From positions 12,671-54,273 of the forward strand of contig VBJX01000001.1 of the NCBI GenBank assembly GCA_005879775.1: 41,603 nt of DNA. The letters run 5' to 3'. This stretch comes from Chloroflexota bacterium. Lineage in GTDB: Bacteria > Chloroflexota > Limnocylindria > QHBO01. The notes below the pieces were generated by a model that was given only the letters and a program-made list of their open reading frames with translations, had not been told where the DNA came from and did not search any database. Below are positions 32,813 through 40,702 of the stretch, piece by piece. The stretch's first letter is position 1. The number at the start of each line of letters is the position of its first letter. Made by a program: the position numbers and the translations under genes.

Positions 32813-34105
32813 GCGAGCGTACCTCCGGACTGACTGCCGGCCCGCTGCTCGACGAGCGCGCTGACGACAGCGCGGTGTGGCTTGCCCGCCGGGCAGGGGT
32901 GCCCGCCGTCTGGTCGCGCTACACCGATCTGGTGGTCGAGCGCGGCTTCGGCTCGTGGATCGAGACGATCGATGGGGAGCGGTACCTGGACTACACCTGC
33001 GGCATCGCGGTCACCAACACCGGCCACGCCCATCCGCGGGTCGCCACGGCCATCGCGGAGCAGGCGGCGAAGATCATCCACGCCCAGCAGAACATCCTCT
33101 ACCACAAGCCTGGGCTGGAGCTCCACGAGCGGCTGCCCCGCACCTTCCCCGGGCTGGCCGGGGGTGCGACGGCCGCGCTCTTCCTTTCGAACTCCGGAGC
33201 GGAGGCGATCGAGGCGGCCGTCAAGCTGGCCAAGTACGCCACCCGCCGGCCGGGGATCATCGGCTTCCGCGGGGGGTTCCACGGTCGCACCCACGGCGCG
33301 ATGGCCCTCACCAGCTCAGGGATCAAGTATCGCGGCCACTACGAGCCGCTCCTCGGCGGGATCCACTTCGCCCCGTACCCGTACGTCCTGCGCAACCCGA
33401 CCGGACAGACCGACGAGGCTGCCCTGGCCTTCAGCCTGGCGGGGATCGAGGAGATCTTCGCCACCCTCATCTACCCCGATGACGTAGCCGCATTCCTGGT
33501 GGAGCCGATCCTGGGCGAGGGCGGCTACGTGGTCCCACCCGATGGCTTCCTCCCCGCCCTGCGCGAGATCGCCGATCGCCACGGGATCCTGCTCGTCGCC
33601 GACGAGGTGCAGACCCCTGGTCATGGCCAAGGGGATCGCATCGGGGATGCCCCTCTCCGGGATCATGGCTTCGCCCGAGCTCCTGGCTCGATTCGGTCCC
33701 GGGGCGCACGGCGGCACCTACGGCGGCAACGCGGTCGCGTGCGCGGCTGCGGTCGCCACGCTCGACGTCTTCGAGTCGGAGGGCCTCGTCGAGAATTCCC
33801 GCCGCCAGGGTGAGCGACTCATGGCCGGACTGCGCGAGGCGGCGGCAGGCCATCCTCTCGTCGCCGAGGTGCGCGGACGCGGCCTGATGATCGGGCTCGA
33901 GTTCGCCGAAGGCCCTGACCTCAAGCCTCGCCCGGACCTGGCCAAGGCACTCCTCCACGAGGCCTTCGAGCGGAAACTCCTGCTCCTGACCTGCGGGACC
34001 TATGGCCACGTCGTGCGCGTCATCCCGCCGCTGGTGACGACCGATGACGAAGTCGACCTCGCCATGCGGACAATCGGTGACTCACTCGAGGCGATCGGCG
34101 CCTAG
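32809..34105 (+). pseudogene. class-III (GabT/putrescine-type) PLP aminotransferase, disrupted by an internal deletion plus frameshift
   Basis: Track ORF 32809..33813 is good up to ...HGILLVADEVQT (about 33615), then becomes Arg/Gly junk. Track ORF 33542..34105, in the +1 frame, becomes good from PLVMAKGIASGMPLSGI...GGTYGGNAVACAAA... to the C-terminus. The usual ~19-20 residues between ADEVQ and the Lys motif (GFGRTG...) are absent in every frame. Its ATG overlaps the potC-like stop as ATGA (32809-32812). Confidence 0.75.
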
Positions 34106-34324
34106 GGTCGCATTCCAAGACGCACGGTTGCACGTCCAGCCAATAACAGCGAGGCAGCGTGGCCAAATCGGTCTTTTGAGCCGCAATCGCCGCTGATCGG
34201 CTTTCTGGCTGGTCTGTCTTTGCAGCCGAAGCAAACCACCGGGAGGAAGGAGCCGCTGCTTCGCGGTTAGTTGCTCTAGCCGCAAAACGGGAAGCCGCTA
34301 CGCCGAGACTGAGCCGAAGGTCGT

Positions 34325-34885
34325 TCAGCCACCCTCCCGGGCCAGGCGCCGGTACTGCGAGCCGAACCAGAGGAGCGGGTCTCCAGCCTCGTCGTAGCCG
34401 GCGGCCACGATCTCCCCGATGAAGATCACGTGGTCCCCGCCGGGGTGGGTCTCCGTGATCCGGCAGTCGAAGAAGGCGATCGCGCCGTCCAGGATCGGTG
34501 ACCCGGTCTCCGCCTCGTGCCACGGCGCATCGCAGAAGCGCTGCAGCTTGGCCGCGCTGGTCGGTTGGGCGAAACACTCGGCCAGGGCCTGCTGCTCCCC
34601 GGCCAGGACGCTGATCGCGAAGGAGTGGCTGCCAACGATCGCCTTGTGCGTCTCGCTCGACTCGTTGATGGCCACCAGGAGGAGCGGCGGGTCGATGCTC
34701 ACGGAGGCGACCGCGTTGGCGGTCATCCCGGCCAGGAGCGGCCCGTATCGGGCGGCGACGACCGTCACCCCGGTGGCGAAGCGGGCCATCATCGCCCGCA
34801 GCCAGCGGCGCTGCTCGTCGGTCATGGGGGCCACGCTGCCTCCGGCCGGCGCGCGCTCGATCCGCTCAGTCGTCATGCAGCCCAA
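34325..34885 (-). CDS. flavin reductase family protein (HpaC/NtaB-like small component)
   Basis: FATGVTVVAARYGPLLAGMTANAVASVSIDPPLLLVAINESSETHKAI...FAISVLAGEQ...FFDCRITETHPGGDHVIFIGEIV is the flavin_reduct domain pattern. TTG 34885 directly abuts the upstream TGA. ATG 34876 is an alternative start. Confidence 0.85.
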   Translation of the reverse strand: MGCMTTERIERAPAGGSVAPMTDEQRRWLRAMMARFATGVTVVAARYGPLLAGMTANAVASVSIDPPLLLVAINESSETHKAIVGSHSFAISVLAGEQQALAECFAQPTSAAKLQRFCDAPWHEAETGSPILDGAIAFFDCRITETHPGGDHVIFIGEIVAAGYDEAGDPLLWFGSQYRRLAREGG

Positions 34886-35200
34886 TCATCGGTAGCGCTC
34901 GAGCTTCTCGATGATGGCGTTGGCGGTCGCCCACTCCTCCGCGCTCGGCTCGTCGCCGCGCCGCAGGTGGATGAGGGGCACGGCGTTCCACGATGGTCCG
35001 TCCTCGCGCGGGATGTGCACCCCCAGGTCGCCCCGGTCGAGCGCGGCCACAATCGTCGCGCCCCGCTCTCCCCCACGCGCCAGTGACCGATCGAGCGAGT
35101 GCGCGAACTCCTCCACCGAGCCGAACTCGCGGCTGATGCGCATCGTGATCAGCCCGGCGGCCGGCGGCAGGAGACGCTCCTGCTCGTCCTCTACTGCCAC
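34886..35200 (-). CDS. hypothetical 104-aa acidic cytosolic protein
   Basis: GTG start overlapping the upstream gene by 10 nt (GTGGCAGTAG). It has a strong G/C third-position bias. Sequence: ...MRISREFGSVEEFAHSLDRSLARGGERGATIVAALDRGDLGVHIPREDGPSWNAVPLIHLRRGDEPSAEEWATANAIIEKLERYR. No family recognised. ATG 35143 is an alternative start. Confidence 0.55.
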   Translation of the reverse strand: MAVEDEQERLLPPAAGLITMRISREFGSVEEFAHSLDRSLARGGERGATIVAALDRGDLGVHIPREDGPSWNAVPLIHLRRGDEPSAEEWATANAIIEKLERYR

Positions 35201-35568
35201 CCGAGGCCCCCAAAGAGCCAGCCGAAGAAGGTGAGGCTGCCCAGCACGGCAAAGCCAACCAGCGCGATCAGCAGGATGAAGCCGATGGCGCTGGCCCAGG
35301 CCGGCACGGCCGCCTGGGGCGGCCCGATCGAGCCCTGCGTCAGCCAGATCGCGAGCGCGTCACCGTCGATCCGCAGCTCCACGTCGTCATCCAGCGGGAC
35401 CACGACCAGCCGCTCCCGCTCGCCGCTTCCCTTCTCACCGGTGAGCAGGGCACGTGACGCCTCCTCCTGGCGCACCAGGACGGCGTGGTTCCCTACCGCG
35501 TTGGTGAGCGGCAGCGCCTTGAGGCGGCCAGTCACCCCGATCGGGATGGGAGCCCGCTCGTCGTCCAC
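35191..35568 (-). CDS. hypothetical 125-aa tail-anchored membrane protein
   Basis: GTG 35568 lies 19 nt after the LLM stop. A soluble N-domain (DDERAPIPIGVTGRLKALPLTNAVGNHAVLVRQEE...LVVVPLDDDVELRIDGDALAIWL) is followed by one C-terminal TM helix (ASAIGFILLIALVGFAVLGSLTFFGWLFGG). The upstream 120 codons of track ORF 35191..35928 overlap the LLM gene out of frame and are junk. Confidence 0.55.
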   Translation of the reverse strand: MDDERAPIPIGVTGRLKALPLTNAVGNHAVLVRQEEASRALLTGEKGSGERERLVVVPLDDDVELRIDGDALAIWLTQGSIGPPQAAVPAWASAIGFILLIALVGFAVLGSLTFFGWLFGGLGWQ

Positions 35569-35587
35569 GAACCGAGAATAACAGCCG

Positions 35588-36502
35588 TCAGGCGTCGAGC
35601 AGCGCGAGCGCGGGCTCCAGGGCGGCGATCGTGTCGACGGTGATCGGGTCCAGGACGAGCTGCACGTGAGACACGCCCTCGGCCGCGAAGGCCCGCAGCG
35701 CAGCGGCCAGGATGGCCGGCTCGCCGGAGATCGGATCGGCCTCGGCCTCGGCCAAATCGCCGAGCTGTCGACCCTGGGCGCCGGGGAAGGAGACGAACAG
35801 GGCAAGGGTGCGCGCCACCTTCGCGGGGTCCCGGCCGGCTGCCCTGCAGGCGACGTCCACCTTCTCGCGCAGCGGCCGATACCCGTCAGCCGTGTTGCCG
35901 AACCAGGTGAACCAGGCATTCCAGGCATCCACGTGGGGCAGGGTGATCGACAGCATCCGCTCCCCCTCCGAGCCGACCAGCAGCGGCGGACCAGCGGGAC
36001 GCGGCCCGCGGGGGACGAGCTCGCAGTCAGCCAGGTCGAAGAAGGTCCCGTGGAAGTCGCAGCGACCCTCGCGCAGGAGCGTGCGGATGATGGTGAACGC
36101 CTCTTCGAAACGGCTCACCCGCCGGTCGAAGGGGAAGCCGAAGGCCCGGTACTCGACCTCGTTCCAACCCGCCCCCAGCCCCAGCACCAGGCGCCCGCCA
36201 CTGATCTCGTCGAGGGTGGCAGCCTGCTTGGCGATCATCGCCGGGTTGTGGAAGCTCGTCGAAGCCACCAATGGCCCGATCTCCACCTGCTGCGTTACGG
36301 CAGCCAGCGCCGCGAGCGTCGTCCACGCCTCCCACGGGCCTCGCGCCGGTTGGCCGTCGCCACGGTAGAGGAGGTGGTCGCCGACCCAGACCGAATCCAG
36401 CCCGATGCCCTCGGCGGTCTCGGCCATCCAGCGCAGCTCAGGCCACCGCACCACCCGCTCGACCTCGGGGAGCTGGACGCCCACCTTCAGGGGCCGCGCC
36501 AC
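35588..36502 (-). CDS. LLM-class (luciferase-like) flavin/F420-dependent oxidoreductase
   Basis: From GTG 36502, with GGAGAG upstream: ARPLKVGVQLPEVERVVRWPELRWMAETAEGIGLDSVWVGDHLLYR...GPLVASTSFHNPAMIAKQAATLDEISGGRLVLGLGAGWNEVEYRAFGFPFDRRVSRFEEA is the classic LLM TIM-barrel pattern. The N-terminal 350 codons of track ORF 35588..37552 are out-of-frame read-through. Confidence 0.85.
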   Translation of the reverse strand: MARPLKVGVQLPEVERVVRWPELRWMAETAEGIGLDSVWVGDHLLYRGDGQPARGPWEAWTTLAALAAVTQQVEIGPLVASTSFHNPAMIAKQAATLDEISGGRLVLGLGAGWNEVEYRAFGFPFDRRVSRFEEAFTIIRTLLREGRCDFHGTFFDLADCELVPRGPRPAGPPLLVGSEGERMLSITLPHVDAWNAWFTWFGNTADGYRPLREKVDVACRAAGRDPAKVARTLALFVSFPGAQGRQLGDLAEAEADPISGEPAILAAALRAFAAEGVSHVQLVLDPITVDTIAALEPALALLDA

Positions 36503-36504
36503 CC

Positions 36505-37368
36505 CTACAGGTCTCTCCGCTCGAGGCTGAAGATCGCCAGCCCGATGGCCCCGAGGTTCCAGGCCAGCGCCCAGGCGAGGTAGATGAGGGGCGGCGGCGC
36601 CGGCGCGAAGAATGGGAACGCCGCCAGTCCCGGACCGGCCCGCGCACCGGCGGCCAGCACCGCGCCAGGCTCGAGGCTGTAGAGCGCGCCGCGCCACAGG
36701 CCATCGCTCGGAATGACGAGGCGCCCGATGGTGCCCGCCATGGCGGTCGCCGGATCCCCCAGCGCGGTGCCGATGCCGCCCACCACTCCGGCCAGCCAGG
36801 CAAGACCGAACAACAGCATCGCGACGATCCCGGTGGTGACGGGCGCCAGCCGCGTGCTGAGCAAGAGTGTCAATCCCAGCAAGGTGAGACCCATGGTGGC
36901 CAGGTAGAGCGCCGCCTCGAGCGGATGCGGCGGCCGATAGCCGGTCGTCAGCTGCGCCACCGCCAGCTCGAGGGTCGTCGCCAACCCGGCATAGACCACG
37001 ATCACCAGGCCCAGGCCCAGCCACTTCCCGAGGAGCACGTCTCGGCGCCGCACGGGTCGTGCCAGCACGGCCAGGGCCTCGCCGCTCTCCAGCTCCCCGG
37101 CGACGGATGGCGCCGCGGCGAAGACCGCCGACAGGGCGAGCACGAAGCTGAACATGAACATGACCAGGATCAGCAGCTGCGACGCGATCAGCTGGATCTC
37201 CGCCGGCTTCAGCGCACCGTTGCGGCTCGCCGGCAGGTTCCCGAGCTGGCTGTAGCCCCAGGCGGTGAGCGCCACGGCCACCACCGAGAGGCCGAAGAGG
37301 GCCAGCAGCAGCCGGCGTCGGAGCCCCTCGCGCAGCGTCACCTGCATCACGATCCAGGCGGTCCTCAC
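36505..37368 (-). CDS. ABC-2 family transporter permease (NosY/ABC2_membrane_2-like)
   Basis: From GTG 37368 (GTGA overlap with the ATPase stop): RTAWIVMQVTLREGLRRRLLLALFGLSVVAV..., a six-TM profile. ATG 37347 is an alternative start. The upstream part of track ORF 36505..37974 is junk. Confidence 0.8.
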   Translation of the reverse strand: MRTAWIVMQVTLREGLRRRLLLALFGLSVVAVALTAWGYSQLGNLPASRNGALKPAEIQLIASQLLILVMFMFSFVLALSAVFAAAPSVAGELESGEALAVLARPVRRRDVLLGKWLGLGLVIVVYAGLATTLELAVAQLTTGYRPPHPLEAALYLATMGLTLLGLTLLLSTRLAPVTTGIVAMLLFGLAWLAGVVGGIGTALGDPATAMAGTIGRLVIPSDGLWRGALYSLEPGAVLAAGARAGPGLAAFPFFAPAPPPLIYLAWALAWNLGAIGLAIFSLERRDL

Positions 37369-38345
37369 GAGCTGCCGTCCTCCGCTGGTCTCCCGTCCGC
37401 CGGCGGTCCCGCCACCAGCTGGCGGAAGCGCTCCTCCAGGCTCGGATGCAACAGCTCGACGCCGTAGACCTGTCCCCCGCCCTGGACGATGGCTGCCACC
37501 ATGCCGGGGATCGCCTCCTCCACGGCACCAGCGATGCGCAGCCAGGGCCCATCGGAGATCACCTCGTGATGCTCTCGCAACCTGGCCATGATTTCGTCCG
37601 GAATCCCCGTGGCCCGGATCCGCACCCCACCCGGCGTCAGCAGCTCGTCGAGCGTGCCGCTGGCCTGCAGCCGGCCGCGATGGATGATCGCCACCTGGTC
37701 GCACACCTGCTCCACCTCTGAGAGCTGGTGCGAGTTGAGCAGGACGGTGGTGCCCGCATCGCGCAGGCCGCGGATGATCTCGCGCAGCTCCAGCCTGCCA
37801 ATCGGGTCGAGCGCGGTGGTCGGCTCGTCCAGGATCACCAGGGCTGGAGTGCCGATCAGGGCCACGGCCAGGCCCAGGCGCTGCTGCATCCCCTTCGAGA
37901 AGGTCGCGACCCGGCTCTCGGCTCGGCCCTGGAGATCGGCGTTGAGGAGGGCGGTGTCGATCTCGCCCCCCCATCGGTCTCGCGGGATCCCTCCCAGGCG
38001 CAGGTGGAGACCCAGCACCTCGCGTGCCTTCAGCCAGCCTGGATAGCGGAACAGCTCGGGCAGGTAGCCGACCCGCTGTCGCGCCGCTGCGCGCTCGATT
38101 GGCTCACCCAGCAGGCGCCCACTTCCGCCATCGGCGTGCGTCAGGCCCAGGAGGACCTTCACCGCCGTGGTCTTGCCCGCCCCGTTGGGGCCGAGCAGGC
38201 CGAAGACGTGACCGCTTTGAACCTGCAGCTCGAGACCGTCCAGGGCGACGGTCTGGCCGTAGCGCTTGGTGAGGCCGTGCGCCTCGACCGCCAGGCCGTT
38301 CGGTGCCACGGGGAGGATCGGAGCCGATGCCATCGCCATGCCCAT
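37365..38345 (-). CDS. ABC transporter ATP-binding protein
   Basis: Walker A GPNGAGKTT, signature FSKGMQQRLGLAVAL, Walker B LILDEPTTALD, plus a C-terminal accessory domain. The start is uncertain: ATG 38345, 38339 or 38333, a downstream GTG, or the track's TTG 38438. Confidence 0.9.
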   Translation of the reverse strand: MGMAMASAPILPVAPNGLAVEAHGLTKRYGQTVALDGLELQVQSGHVFGLLGPNGAGKTTAVKVLLGLTHADGGSGRLLGEPIERAAARQRVGYLPELFRYPGWLKAREVLGLHLRLGGIPRDRWGGEIDTALLNADLQGRAESRVATFSKGMQQRLGLAVALIGTPALVILDEPTTALDPIGRLELREIIRGLRDAGTTVLLNSHQLSEVEQVCDQVAIIHRGRLQASGTLDELLTPGGVRIRATGIPDEIMARLREHHEVISDGPWLRIAGAVEEAIPGMVAAIVQGGGQVYGVELLHPSLEERFRQLVAGPPADGRPAEDGSS

Positions 38346-38632
38346 CGCAGCCGATTGTGCCAGCGGCCCGCGGACGACGTCGCCGCCTGGCGATCGATCG
38401 CGATAAGTGCCGGCCAATTCGCTGGTAAGCAGGTTCAACGTAGTGTTCAGGTGATCTGATCAGTCCGCGGATGCGGATGCGCCGCGCCGGCGACCGGCAT
38501 GAGCCGTCGGGAGCACGAGGACCCCCTCCCCGGGTGAGTGGAGGGCGCTCGAGTGGCCCAATTGGGAGGCCCCGAATCCTCAGGTCGGGCTGGCCAAGTC
38601 CCAGGCGGCGGCGCTTTGCCAGCGAGCTGCGG

Positions 38633-40663
38633 TCAGGCGACGCGCTTGCGCTTCTTGCTCACGTAGTCGACGAGGACGTACTCACCGAGGTGCTCCGGCT
38701 CTACGTAGAAGGCCCGCCCGCGGTTGATGCGGCTCATCAGGTCCACGAACTCCGACAGGTAGCGCGAGCGCTCGAGCATGAAGGTGTTGATCACGATCCC
38801 GTCGCGCGTGGCGCGCCCGACCTCGCGCAGGGTCGACTGCATGGTGCGCATGGTCGGCGGATAGGCGAACTCGACCTGCCCGTTGGCGATGTGCGCAGTC
38901 GGCTCGCCGTCGGTGATGACCACGATCTCCTTGTTGCCGCCGCGACGTCCAAGCAGTCCGCGCGCGATGATCAGGGCGTGCTGCAGGTTGGTCCCGTACT
39001 CGAACTCGTACGGGGAGAGGGTTGCGATCGCCTCCGGCGCAATCTGCCGCGCGTAGTACGCGAAGCCGACCACGTAGAGCCGGTCGCGGGGGTACTTGGT
39101 GGCGATCAGCGTGTGCAACGCCATCGCCACCCGCTTGGCCGCGGTCGAGCACCCGCGCAGCAGCATGGAGCGGCTCATGTCGAGGAGCAGCACGGTGCTG
39201 CTCACCGTGGTCTCCTCGGAGCGGTGCACCTCGAAGTCCGCGGGACCGATGGCGACCGGAAGGCCCGGCCCCGTGCGCGTCATGGCGTTGAGGAGGGTCC
39301 GATTGATGTCGACGGCGAAGGGATCGCCGAATTCGTACGGCTTGGTCTCGTCAGTGCGCTCGCCGCCCGTGCCGGCCTCTGGCAGCGCGTGGCTGCCGAG
39401 TGACTCGCGCCGGAGGCGGCTGAAGATGTCGGCCAGCGCCTGCGTTCCGAGCCGGCGAGCAGCACGTGCGGTCAGCTCGAGCCTCCCTCCATCGCGTTCC
39501 AGGTAGCCCGCTTCCTCGAGGGCGCGCGTCAGCTCGCGCAGCTGTGCGAGGTCGTCGGTGGCGTCGTCCCCGGCAAGGTCGCGGAGCAGGTCGGGGTCGA
39601 TGCGGCTCAGGCCATCCGGATCGCGCGCGCCGATCAGCTGCTCCTCCATCGCGTCGTAGCGCTGCTGACGGTCGATGGCGGCCATCGCCTCCGGCAGTCC
39701 CATCGGCTCGTCGCCCTCGAACGGGTACGGCTCGCCGAACGCCTGGTCGGGACGCAGCGCCTGGAGGTTGCCTGCCAGGCGAGCCATATCCCACCGCAAG
39801 CGGTCGTCCCGCAGGAGCTCGTCCATCATCCCCTGCAGCTCCTCGCGCATCTCCGGGGAGAGGGAGGCAAGCAGCGAGGCCATCTGTGAGGCCTGTCGGT
39901 GGAGATGGTCGATCAGCTGGTCGACGTTTTCGATGCCCGGCGGGAAATAGTGGCCGTGCTGGGTCATGAAGGCCTCGAAGTCGGCCTGGGTATCGGTGCC
40001 TTCCGCGTGCTTCTCCAGCAGCTGATTGAGGTCGCGCACCATCTCGCGCACGCCGGTGAGGTCCTCCGGCGTCACGCGCTGCACGCCCTCCTTCAGGCCC
40101 TGGAAGAAGTTCTGCAAGACCTGCTGGCGGAGCTCATCGGAGAGGGCATTGAAGGCGTCGCGGGCGTCGGGGTCCATGAATTCGTAGTCGCGCAACCCGT
40201 TGATTCGGCCGGCGAGGTTCGGGGGCAGGGCGTCGAGCCTATCGCGCCGCTGCTGGGCGGTGCGCCTCAGGACCTGCTCGCCCAGCCTGGCCTGGTCCTG
40301 GGCCTCGCCCGGAGGTGCGTCGAGCGATGCCTGCTCCGCGTCGTGCAGGCGCCGCTCGATGCCCGCGCGCTCCTGCTCGATGATCCGTGCCAATCGCTCC
40401 TCGAGGTCGCTGAGCACCGTGTCGAGGTTTGAGCGCTCCAGCTCAGCTTGTCGGCGCCGCCGCAGCTGCTCGAGGATGCGGCGAAGCCCTGGAATGTCGC
40501 CGCCACGCGCGCCGCGCATGCCGCGCTGCATGAGTCGCTGCAAGGCGCGTCGAACATCGCCCTCGGCCAGCACGTCCTCGCTCAGCGCGCGCAGCACGTC
40601 ATCGGCGTCGAAGGGCGGAAGCTGCTGCGAGCCATCCCAGCGCGAATACCGGTACGTGCTCAC
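38633..40663 (-). CDS. von Willebrand factor A (VWA) domain protein, BchD/CoxE-like partner of the upstream AAA+ ATPase
   Basis: N-terminal MSTYRYSRWDGSQQLPPFDADDV, then a long charged helical middle. The C-terminal VWA has an intact MIDAS (LLLDMSRSM ... VVITDGEPT). Confidence 0.85.
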   Translation of the reverse strand: MSTYRYSRWDGSQQLPPFDADDVLRALSEDVLAEGDVRRALQRLMQRGMRGARGGDIPGLRRILEQLRRRRQAELERSNLDTVLSDLEERLARIIEQERAGIERRLHDAEQASLDAPPGEAQDQARLGEQVLRRTAQQRRDRLDALPPNLAGRINGLRDYEFMDPDARDAFNALSDELRQQVLQNFFQGLKEGVQRVTPEDLTGVREMVRDLNQLLEKHAEGTDTQADFEAFMTQHGHYFPPGIENVDQLIDHLHRQASQMASLLASLSPEMREELQGMMDELLRDDRLRWDMARLAGNLQALRPDQAFGEPYPFEGDEPMGLPEAMAAIDRQQRYDAMEEQLIGARDPDGLSRIDPDLLRDLAGDDATDDLAQLRELTRALEEAGYLERDGGRLELTARAARRLGTQALADIFSRLRRESLGSHALPEAGTGGERTDETKPYEFGDPFAVDINRTLLNAMTRTGPGLPVAIGPADFEVHRSEETTVSSTVLLLDMSRSMLLRGCSTAAKRVAMALHTLIATKYPRDRLYVVGFAYYARQIAPEAIATLSPYEFEYGTNLQHALIIARGLLGRRGGNKEIVVITDGEPTAHIANGQVEFAYPPTMRTMQSTLREVGRATRDGIVINTFMLERSRYLSEFVDLMSRINRGRAFYVEPEHLGEYVLVDYVSKKRKRVA

Positions 40664-40702
40664 GCGCCGTCCCCCGGCCGGGCAGCCGGGTCCTCCAATC
40701 GT

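Noticed and set aside
34227-34272. SRP (4.5S) RNA-like element because of CC-GGGA-GG GNRA hairpin followed by AAGGAGCC
   Set aside because: It shows only a superficial resemblance to the GGAA-tetraloop/AGCAGC region of domain IV. The conserved 5' symmetric-loop sequence (AGGUCAGG-like) is absent. ACCA abuts the loop directly, so the characteristic loops cannot form.
35588-37974. Track ORFs 35588..37552 (654 aa) and 36505..37974 (489 aa) taken at face value as large proteins
   Set aside because: Only their C-terminal parts (the LLM enzyme and the ABC-2 permease) look like proteins. The N-terminal parts are out-of-frame read-through of the upstream genes (Arg/Gly/Pro junk). Internal GTG starts at 36502 and 37368 give standard-length proteins with coupled junctions.
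38471-39403. 310-aa plus-strand ORF
   Set aside because: It is antisense to the VWA-domain gene, whose MIDAS motifs are intact on the minus strand. Its composition is Arg/Gly/Ala/Val-rich shadow-frame.
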